DNA of 64,000 bases from Dipteris shenzhenensis (Eukaryota), in the NCBI GenBank assembly GCA_047967505.1, contig CM106538.1. One strand, written 5' to 3'. This document shows, one piece after another, positions 41,955 through 52,727 of the stretch (position 1 is the stretch's first letter; every line of letters begins with the position of its first letter). A model generated the notes under the pieces. The model was not told where the DNA came from, searched no databases, and saw nothing but the letters and a program-made list of their open reading frames with translations. Made by a program: the position numbers and the translations under genes.

Positions 41955-43263
41955 CCCCACAATTGATATTGGCAAAACTATTTTACATATTGTCTCATTC
42001 TCCTCATTTCCCTTAATTCTTGTATATGTGGGCTTGCAAAAAATTATGTGCTTTGGTAATCATGGGCAATGTTTGGAAAGCAATGATGTACACCAAAATC
42101 TCACTTTCTGTATTCTCTGGATCGAATCTAACTCCGCGTCTAAATGCGCGTCTAAGTCTCAGTGTAAACGCGCAAATAAACGCGCAAATACACGCGCAAA
42201 TAGACGCGCTAATAGACGGGATGTTAGACAGGCCCGTATTTTCTCAGGTCTAACGCGCAAATAAACGCCGTTATTGACGCGGAAATAGACGAGCATTTAG
42301 CCGCGCTAATAGACGTGCCCGTAATTTCTCTACTAGAGCAACGCCTATAGACACGCTCGCTATTTTGCGCATCTACCAAGCGCGTCTATAGTTGCTTTGT
42401 GTTGTTGTGGATGACCAAAAGAAGCAGGCGGTCATCAATGAATTAAAACAAAAATATCCTGACCCGCCAAATTGGGAGTTTAATGAGGATTATATGCGAG
42501 AGCGCTTGCTGAAATGATTCTTTAACAAACTTTTGTCAGTCTTAGATGTTTGATATACTTATTCAAACACTTAGCATAAAATGTGACTTACAATGCAACC
42601 CATTAGGCTAACCACTCAAGTATGAATTCCTAAATCAATCTTGCTGAAATGATTCTTTAACAAACTTTTGTCAGTCTTAGTTGTTTGATATACTTTTTAT
42701 ACTCATTGAAATCGGTTTTATTTTCAGATATACTAGAGAAAGTGTCAAATTTGAGACTGCTTGGGTGAAAAATTGTATTATCATACATTTGTGAGCATTT
42801 TGTAATTACGTGTAATGGGTTTTTGTACTCCTTTTATTTTTATAAAATAGTCTTATGACTCTACCTTAAGCTCAAGATAGGGAATTGTCAAAGACACATT
42901 TACACCAAGTTGTTTTTTTTGCCAAAATATTAAAAGGACACTTTTATGTCCTGTTATGCTACCAAACTAGTGATAAAGTCCCTTTATTAGGTTGTTCTTA
43001 GAAAGCTTGATGTCGATGCAAATGAAGAGAGCATTATAAGGAGGTTAACCAAGCACAAGAGGTATTTGGAAACTCAAGTCAAACCCATAGAGTAATAAGC
43101 AATACCTCAATATGGGGAAGAGGGAGTACAAATAAGCACCCCTCCACCCCCCTCTTCCCCTTGCCCCGCCGCCCCCGGCGCTGGCTTTGTCAAATCCTAA
43201 CAACAATTGAAAGGAAAACATGAGTACACGACCCTAAAGCCTCTTGTCGTTGAACGGAGAAAA

Positions 43264-43341
43264 AGAGAGCGAGAGAAAGAGAGAGGGAGAGAGAGAGAGA
43301 AAGAGATAGAAAGATCGATAGATAGATAGAGAGAGAGAGAG
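43264..43341. repeat. (GA)n/(GATA)n tract upstream of the alpha-galactosidase gene (possible GAGA element)
   Basis: Purine microsatellite ending ~330 bp before the ATG; a regulatory role is inference only. Confidence 0.6.
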
Positions 43342-43669
43342 CTGGCGGGGGTGCTACGCCAGGCTTTTTCGGTCGCATCACGGTTGGCTGATACGCTACG
43401 ATTGCAATGAGTCAACAAAAGCAAAAGATCGTCGTCCAACATCCGCCAGCACAGGACGCCAAGATCGGCAACGACGGAGCTATCGAGGCAACAAGTCGTA
43501 AAAGATCGGCTTAGATGCTTGCTGTTGATCATCTTATCCTTATTCCTAATTATCTAACTTATCTGCTTCTTATATCTTCTTTTTAACCATTTCAATTCGT
43601 CGTCTTCTTCTTCGTGTAAGCTCTCTCTCGGCCTCCTCATCCGCTTCCCACCAGCTTGTCAATCCAGCT

Positions 43670-46600
43670 ATGGCGCCTCCTCCTCCTTTCTACTACCTCC
43701 TCCTCCTCTCCTTCTTCCTTTCCTTTGCTTCCTCCTCCCTCTCCTCTCCTTCATCCTCCCTCCCTCGCCGCCAAATGCTCTCCAATGGCTTGGGCCTCAC
43801 TCCTCAAATGGGGTATTTCTCCTCCCTTCCCATCTCCGTCCTGCTTTTTCCTGTCTTCTATTCCGTTGAGCGTCCATTACAACATGTGCCCGTCCCTTGG
43901 CATGCCTTTATAATCGATTTTGAGAACCAAACGCCTTTGCCTCTCCTCACATTTTTATTGCACCTGCAGATGGAATAGTTGGAACCACTTCGGTTGCCAA
44001 ATCGATGAGCAAATCATCCGCAATACTGGTACGTTTGCCTCCCTTCAGGACGTAAACGCAATTCTGGACGTTAAATAGAAGCTTTGTACATGGAAGTATA
44101 ATGAAATGACTCCGCGCCGTCGGAAAATATATCTTTTTGCTTGTTCACATTGCACCAAACTTATGTTGCGGCAGAAACCAAGTCCAGAATCGATTTACAA
44201 CTTCATCTTCGTCCCTGCATTCATTCGAATTGATGAATTCAATCTTTAGTTATGTTGAGACTCTGTATCTTACTAGATGGTCGATTACAAGCGCATCCTT
44301 TTACGTGTTATGCTTGCAGCCGACGCGATGGTTTCAACAGGGCTGGCTGCACTAGGGTACAAGTACGTGAACATAGGTAAGCTGCTTGACTGCGATTCTA
44401 CACTGTCGATTGTGTCGAAATGTTTTAGTATATCCAGAATGCACGGAATCACAAAATACATTTCTGCATTTCGGGTCACCGGTGCACGTTACGGATGCAT
44501 TTCATAATCTCTCAGCGTTCGACAGTTGTATAGAATTTATGGAGCATTGAGTTGTTATTGATCCTTTAACATTGAACAGATGATTGCTGGGCGGAACTGA
44601 GCCGTGACAGCCAGGTGAGTAACTCAATATTGCAGGTACGCGAGAAACTCAACCGAAAGTCTCGCCATAATTCTTCTCAAAACTTATTGCGAAACTTAAC
44701 GAATGGTCGCACAGGGTAATCTGCAAGCAAGACGTTCCACGTTCCCGTCTGGCATCAGCGCTCTTGCGGATTACGTGCACGCGAAAGGCTTAAAGCTAGG
44801 GATTTACTCGGACGCAGGGTCAGTTGCTAACTTTTTCCAAGTTTGTACTGTATCCATCTCCCCTATTCGCATTACGTGGAGTTCGGTGCATCACAGATTC
44901 ATGAAATCCGATTACGCATTGGTACAATGTGACTGAAGTCTGAACGAGATCGTTGTCTCTCAGATAATTTATCGATTTGATCTCGCGAGACTGATATTGC
45001 GTTAATTCCGCAGCTACAAAACTTGTCAAGGCCAACCTGCTTCGCTTGGGCATGAACAACAGGACGCCGCAACGTTTGCTTCTTGGGTACGTCGGTCCTG
45101 CTGTGCTGAGATTCTTAAATCTAACCTGCATTGCAATTTTAGACTATCGAGCTGAGCAAATGTTCCAAATTCGAATGTATGGTTTTTCGTTGCTTGTCTC
45201 ACGCGCGAAATGCGCAGGGAATCGACTATTTGAAGTACGATAATTGCAACAACGATGGATCATCGCCCGAAACGAGGTTGGCAGTCCCTGTCTTACGACA
45301 TTCTATTTTCCGGGGGGCGATGCCGATTACATGGCAAAGTCTTTGCTGTTACTTTTCTCATTCTGCTCCTTGCAGGTACCCGGTAATGCGAGATGCCCTG
45401 TTGAGCACCCAGCGTCCCATCTTTTTCTCCCTCTGCGAGTGGTGAGCACTGAGTCTGAAACGTCCCGCCCCGCTTATATTTTTTAATCAGACGAGCCGTG
45501 CACGCGGAGTTTTGACAATGTATCCGTGGATTTTACCCCTGTCCCCTTTTGTTGATACCAGGGGACAAGACAATCCAGCCACCTGGGCTCCCAAAGTCGG
45601 AAACAGCTGGAGAACCACTGGCGATATCAGCGACAATTGGGCAAGGTGAACGGAATCCATGGTTAAAAATTGTCACCGGTCCGTTAGCCCAAACTTATAC
45701 CATGGTTGTGTGGATATGGCAGTATGACATCCCGAGCCGATTTCAACAATGTCTGGGCTTCGTATGCCGGGCCTGGCGGATGGAACGGTGATGTCCGGAC
45801 TCCGAACACTTTCTTGCCGAAGCATCAGCTTTTTCTTTCGCGTCGGCAAGAGAAATATTTTTCATCATGTCCAGCTAACAATCAATCCGGCTTCTGCAGA
45901 CCCGGACATGCTAGAGGTGGGAAACGGAGGCATGACGACGGAAGAATACCGGTCGCACTTCAGCATATGGGCAATAATGAAGGTTTCCAGACTACTCTCA
46001 GCTCGTTTTCGCTTTCGATTGATCGCATTTGTGCTAGCTAGATGCTCTCATGGGGCAATCAAATATGTATGCCAATGCTTCTAACACGTAGTCGCTTGGT
46101 TGTGTGTCTCATTCAGGCTCCGCTTCTCATCGGTTGTGATGTTACAAACATCGGAAGCGACAATCTCGCGATATTAAGCAATCCCGAGGTTATTTCTGTG
46201 AACCAAGGTCAGTAGTTATATTAGGCAAATCTCGACGTCTTTGAGGGATAGTTTGCAGATGATCTAGGAGGTTTGCTGATCAAATGCTTGGGTTCCTCAA
46301 TGTGTTAAAAACACAGATTCACTAGGAGTGCAGGGAAAGAAGGTAAATCAGAACGGAAATCTGGAGGTAAGCCGTAACCGATACTATGTGCCTAGAATAT
46401 GTCGTTTCAAATAATTCTCATTTGCCGGAAGCTGGCTACCACAAATAATGCGAGAGGACGTGAATTGTGGCAAATTTACAGGTATGGTCTGCGCCATTAT
46501 CAGGGAACAGGGTAGTGGCAGTATTGTGGAATCGTGGAGATTCACCGTCTGTGATCACGGTCCAGTGGTCGGACATGGGTCTAGCGTCCTCGGCAGTGGT

Positions 46601-46862
46601 ACAAGTTCGCGATTTGTGGGAGGTAAGATCCACGCTTTGGGCTCATTTCAACGGAGGGCATTGTAGTGGTTCACCAGAGAATTCCCGTCTGCACCACAGT
46701 AGCCTTTCTGCTTAAACGCGCCATCAGATTAACTCATGTGTCGTGATAAGCATTTGCGTTTTCTTGCAGGAACAAGATTTGTCGACGAGCTATCAGGGCT
46801 GCTTGAGCGCGCAAGTAGGAGCACACAGCGTCAAGATGTTCATTCTCAAGCCCTCCAGCTAA
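43670..46862 (+). CDS. AGAL: Alpha-galactosidase, glycoside hydrolase family 27, secreted; 15 exons, 400 aa
   Basis: Exons 43670-43812, 43970-44028, 44320-44376, 44580-44614, 44715-44818, 45014-45086, 45218-45276, 45376-45441, 45562-45645, 45723-45787, 45900-45982, 46117-46207, 46317-46366, 46482-46622, 46770-46862. All introns GT-AG; total 1203 nt, open. Signal peptide, [40 protein letters not shown] (nucleophile), SWRTTGDI (acid/base), [25 protein letters not shown]. Confidence 0.97.
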
Positions 46863-48738
46863 TGTCAAAAGTGGATCAATCCCAGCCGACTATATAATTG
46901 TGACATGTTATTCAGATCCGTCGATAAGTTCCGAAGCAGAAGTCCGGTAGATTAAATTAGGCATGGCCTTCTACAACACGCGCGCGTAGTTGCCGGGAAT
47001 CTTCAACAAGACTAAGAAAATTTGTTGCCAAACCCACAACAAATTTCGTGGTAGGCAGTGAGGTTGTCAACCAATCAATGGCAGCTGCAGCATCGCAATC
47101 TCTATCGTTATTCTAACGCTTCAGGCGATCAACGCCGGAATAATTCTGTTGTGACAGATGTCCAAATGTAAATGTTTTTGTCTTCCCTTAGGCCAATCTT
47201 TCCTTCAAAACAAAGGCGTGTGTTAATGTGATTGGTTGGGTGCCAAAATGTGTATCTTAAATCTACAATTCAAAGTTCAGCCTCACAATTTGCCTTTTAA
47301 GTTTGCAAATTTCTTTAAGTATTTCGAAATCACTCACCCACCCACCCACCCTTTAATTTGGCCTGTCATAGCATACTATAGAATCTGGACATGTTGTAGG
47401 ACCACTAGGGTGCCAGTCCATCCGCATAAGGAGTGAGTTACAATATTGTTGTGAAGATCCAAAACCCATGTAGGTGCCTTGTTATTCATGCATTCTTGAG
47501 TTCTTTTGGAAACACTAGAAAAATCATATGGTTCCTCAAGCTTTATATTTTTGTAACTTTTTATGTGGACATGGCAATGGAAGATTAAGGGGAAAATCTA
47601 ATCAAAATTCACATTACCATGTAGAGATAACAAGTTCATCCTTATTTGCTATGGGCTTTAAATAAAGTCCGCTTTATTCTAGGGTAAAACTAATGAAGAT
47701 GACTTTGTTGTAAAAGAACACAAGTCATATAACAAGAGTGAATGTCGGCAACAATGACAAGTCTCGCTAACTATGATTAAAAAAAGTTGTTCGAGACTTT
47801 GCATAAGACTTCAAGTGCCCTCATCTACCTTAAGAATCATCGCCAAAAATTAATAGTGTAATAGGAAATTTTATCCAAAAGTTGTATTGTTGATGAATCT
47901 TGGTTTACTATAGTTTTGATCCGCTAGAACCTTAATCACTAATGAATGTTGATTTAACACATAGATTACATCTGCCAAGAAAATGCTTACCTATGATCGG
48001 AGAAAATATTCTAAAAACATAGAATAAGAAAACATACCTGTTAAGCCTTAAAAAATAATCTAAAAATGCAACAAATGTTGATGCCTTTACATTGCTAATG
48101 CATTTGAGGATGGATACAATATTAATTGCTCATAAGTAAGTAAGATAGATAGGGTCCTCACATAAATCAAAGGTTATCTTATGAAAGGGTTTAGTACATA
48201 CATCGTCAGTGTGATGGTGCATGGTAGTAGTATTCTCTCATCAAGGGAATACTTGTGATGTAAGGAGTTTAGAGATTTTTCATGATGGAACAACTTCAGT
48301 CAAGTTATTTCATTTATGCATTGCATGAGTTTACACTTGGAGATACACCAACGATTGTGCCACCCTTTATAAAGAAGAGGATCACTCTTACATGTGATTG
48401 CTTCACGTGAAGATCATCCCTCATAATGTGGGGGATTTTTTGCATGTAGCAATGGGCCACCTATACAAAGGTAATGGACATTGTAATGCTTTAAGTAGTC
48501 CTTGTTTGATATCATGATAATAAAGGGTATGCATTGTATCAACGCTCACTATTGGAAGAATCTTAAATGCAAAATGTTAAGCCTACAATAACATGCATAA
48601 AGGATTGCTTGTGAACAACTCATTAGGTACCATAAACTTTACAATTAAAATCACGACATTGCAAGCAATGATAACTTTAGTTGGCCGTGACATGTGGCCT
48701 CACGAAATTCCCGTCAACAGAAAGGGAAACCCACACGC

Positions 48739-48905
48739 TGATAAAATATGAAGAGGGGAGAGGAGAAGAGTGGAGATGAGGAGAGAGGGCATAGCTAGAG
48801 AGCACACCACAAATGACTAACTATACACTAGATTTAGTTGAAAATGTAGGACATATACTAACCCTTTTAGAGTTAGAGTTAGGGAATCTAACCCTTTCCT
48901 TTATA
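48739..48905 (-). mobile_element. Distal part of a copia 3' LTR (proximal part at 57033-57095), split by the Sola-like transposon
   Basis: Minus strand reads PPT TTGAGGGAAAG (57096-57106), then TGTTGAGAAACC...GC TATA [insertion] AAGGAAAGGG...CATATTTTATCA, about 230 bp when rejoined. Homologous to 21857-21974. Confidence 0.8.
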
Positions 48906-49029
48906 AATACGTATTTCATTAATTTTGGCCTGGTGCACTGTCCAAATTCGTTTTGTGAGATAATTTTGGATAAAACATTTAAAAAAAAGAGGCTCTTATA
49001 AAACAAAACATTGAGTCAAAAAGGAACCA

Positions 49030-52000
49030 TGTCTTTTTTACGGTTGTGCATGACACTAAGGCAAAAACGGTGTATAATGCGTGTTGCTTATGCAAAGCAT
49101 ATCCAATGGGAACAATACTTTGCATATGCCTCAACCTATGTGGTGTTGAGTTTCATGCAAAGTGACGTGCCCATGCCATAAGTACTTGTTCGAATAACAC
49201 ACCTAGGAATGCATTTTTGATGGTAGTGCATATCACAAGGATGAAAATGGTGTATACTGTGTAATTGACAATGCAAATCATATACGATGGACATAGTACT
49301 TTGAGCACACCTCAACCTAGGTAGTATTAACTTGTGTGCAAAGAGGTGCCCCCATCCGATAAGCACTTGTTCGAATAACACACCTAGGACCATGTTTTTT
49401 GACGGTTGTGCATGACACTGGGGCAAAAACAGTATTTAATGCTCCCTCGACCATGCAAAGCATATTCGATGGGCACAATACTTTGCATGCTCCTTCAAAG
49501 TGGGGGTATTGAGTTGTATGCAAAGTGATACACCCATACGATAAGCACTTGGTCGGATAACACACCTAAAAGTGTGTTTTTTAATAGTTGTGCATGACAC
49601 AAAGGCACAAACTATGTTTTATGCGTGATATACCATGCAGAGCATTTGCGATGGACACAGTACTTTGCATGTGCCTCAATCTAGGTGAAATTGACTTACA
49701 TGCAAAGTGGCGTGTCCATTCGATAAGTACTTGATCAGATAACATACCTAGCGATGTGCATGACGCTAAGGTAAAAATGGTATTTAATGCTCGATCGACC
49801 ATGCAAAGCATATTCAATGGACATAATACTTTGCATGTGCCTCAAATGTAGTGGTATTGAGTTGCATGCAAAGTGTTACTCCCATCCGATAAGCACTTGG
49901 TCAGATAACACACCTAAAAGCATGTTTTTTTAGGGTTGTGCATGACACTGAGGCACAAACGGTGTATAATGAATGATCAATATACCATCAAAACATATCC
50001 AATGGGCACAATACTTTGCACGTGCCTCAAAATAGGTGTTATTGAGCTGCATGTAAAGTGGTGTGTCCATCCGATAAGTACTTGATCGGATAACACACCC
50101 AGGAGCGTGTTTCATTACGAATGTGCTTCACTAAGGCAAAGACGGTATTTAATGCTCAATCGACCATGCAATGCATATCCGATGGGCTCAATACTTTACC
50201 TGCACCTCAACCTAGGTGGTATTGTCTTGTTTGCAAAGAGACACACCCATCCGATAAGTACTTGGTCATATAACACACCTAGCAGCGTGTTTTTTTACGG
50301 ATGTGCATAACGCTAGAGGAAAAACAGTGTATAATGCGTGATCGACCATGGAAAGCATATCTGATGGGAATAATACTTTGCAAACACCTCAAACTAGTTA
50401 AACTTGACTTGCGTTCAAAGTGGAGCCCCCATCCGATAAGTACGTTTGAATAACACCCCTAGGACCGTGTTTTTTTATGGTTGTGCATCACACTAAGGCA
50501 AAAACGGTATTTTATGCTTGATCGACAATGCAAAGCATATTATATGGACACAATACTTTGCACACACCTTAAACTAGGTGGAATTGACTTGCATGCAAAG
50601 TGGCATGCCCATCCCATTGGTACTTGTACAAATAACACATCTAGGAGCGTGTTTTTTTACGGTTGTGCATGACACTAAGGCAAAAACTGTGTATAATGCA
50701 TGATTGCCTATGCAAAGAATATCCGATTGGCACAATACTTTGCATATGCCTCAAACTATGTGGTGTTGAGTTTCATGCAAAGTGACGTGCCCATACCATA
50801 AGAACTTCTTCGGATAACATACCTAAGAGCGCATTTTTTAACCGTAGTGTGGTGTATAATGCGTGATTGACAATGCAAATCATATCAGATGGGCACAATA
50901 CTTTGTGCACAACTCAACCTAGGTGGTATTGACTTGTGTGCAAAGAGGTGCCCCCATCCGATAAGCACTTGTTTGAATAACACACCTAGGTTTGTGTTTT
51001 TTGACAGTTGTGCATGACACTAAGGCAAAAACGGTATTTAATGCTCCCTTGACCATGAAAAGAATATCCGATGGGCACAATACTTTTCATGGACCTCAAG
51101 AGAGGTGGTATTCATGAGTTTCATGCAAAGTGGTACACCCATCCAATAAGCACTTGGTCGGAAAACACACGTAAAAGCATGTTTTTTAATGGTTGTGCAT
51201 GATACTGAGGCACAAACGGTGTTAAATGCATGATATACCATGCAAAGCATATCCGATGTGCACAATACTTTGAACTCACCTCAACCTAGGTGTTATTGAG
51301 TTGCATGCAAAGTGGCATGTCCATCCAATTAGTACTTGATCGGATAACACACCTAGGACGGTGTTTTCTTACAAATATGCTTAACACTAAGGCAAAAACG
51401 GTATTTAATGTTCAATCAACCATGAAATGCATATTTTACGGCCACAATACTTTACATGCACCTCAACCTAGGTGGTATTGACTTGTTTGCAAAGAGGCAC
51501 ATCCATCCGATAAGTACTTGTTCGGATAACACACCAAAGAGCGTGTTTTTTTACGGATGTGCATAATACTAGGGGAAAAACGGGGTATAATGCGTGATCA
51601 ACCATGGAAAGCATATCCGATAGGCACAATAATTTGCATGCAACTCAACCTAGTTAAACTTGACTTGCATGCAAAGTGGATCCCCCATCCGATAAGTACT
51701 TGTTTGAATAACACCCCTAGAACCATGTTTTTTTATGGTTGTGCATCACACTAATGCAAAAACGGTGTTTTATGCTTGATCGACAATCCAAAGCATATCC
51801 GATGGGCACAATACTTTACACACACCTTTAAATTGGTGGAATAGACTTACATGCAAAGTGGCACTCTCATCCCATAATCACTTGTTCGAATAACACACGT
51901 AGGACTGTATTTTTTTACGGTTGTGCATGACACTAAGGCAAAAATGGTGTATAATGCATGATTGCCTATGCAAATCATATCTGGTGGGCACAATACTTTT

Positions 52001-52620
52001 CATATGACTCAACCTATGTGGTGTGAAGTTTCATGCAAAATGATGCGCCCATACCATAAGTACTTGTTCGAATAACACACCTAGGAGCGCGTTTTTTGAC
52101 GGTAGTGCATATCATAAGGATAAAAATGGTGTATAATGCGTGATTGACAATGCAAATCATATCCGATGTGCACAATACTTTGATGCACCTCTACCTAGGT
52201 GGTATTGACTTGTGTGCAAAGAGGTTCCCCCATCTGATAAGCACTTCTTTAAATAACACACCTAGGACCGTGTTTTTTGACGGTTGTGCATGACACTAAG
52301 GCAAAAATGGTATTTAATGCTCCCTCGACCATGGCAAGCATATTTGATGGGCAGAATACTTTGCATGTGCCTCAAGAACGGTGGTATTGAGTTGCATGCA
52401 AAGTGGTACACCCATCTGATAAGTACTTGGTTGGATGACACACCTAAAAGCATGTTTTTTTATGGTTATGCATGACACTGAGGCACAAATGGTGTTTAGT
52501 GTGTGATATACTATGCAAAGCTTAGCCGATGGGCACAATAATTTGCACACACTTCAACCTAGGTGTTATTAAGTTGCATGCAAAGTGGCGTGTCCATCTG
52601 ATGAGTACTTGATCGGATAA
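49030..52620. repeat. Tandem satellite, ~20 monomers of ~181-182 bp, inside the left arm of the transposon
   Basis: GGTTGTGCATGACACTAAGGCAAAAACGG-like heads recur at about 49042, 49222, 49404, 49586, 49753, 49934, 50119, 50299, 50479, 50661, 50843, 51006, 51191, 51373, 51555, 51737, 51919, 52101, 52282 and 52463. Confidence 0.95.
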
Positions 52621-52727
52621 CTTCTCCCACCAATAAATTAAGTACTAATTAAAATTATGATAAATGAGTAGATTATTAAAAAGAGACTAATTAATATTTA
52701 TGTAATTGTTGCTACTGCAGAGCCTGC

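Larger units (their letters stand above)
34406..42409 (+). mobile_element. Full-length (8004 bp) En/Spm-CACTA-superfamily DNA transposon with CACAA termini and 3-bp TSD GAT
   Basis: Left TIR CACAACAAGACAAAGCACCCATAGACGCGC versus right TIR reverse complement CACAACAACACAAAGCAACTATAGACGCGC (27/30). GAT at 34403-34405 and 42410-42412. The flanking ORF rejoins in frame when the element is removed. Confidence 0.95.

Noticed and set aside
43140-43530. Divergent gene sharing the alpha-galactosidase promoter
   Set aside because: A CT-rich minus-strand tract is present, but no credible coding exon follows; the ORFs here are microsatellite-derived.
49030-52620. CRISPR-like array
   Set aside because: Whole monomers are homologous with no unique spacers, there are no cas genes, and the context is eukaryotic.
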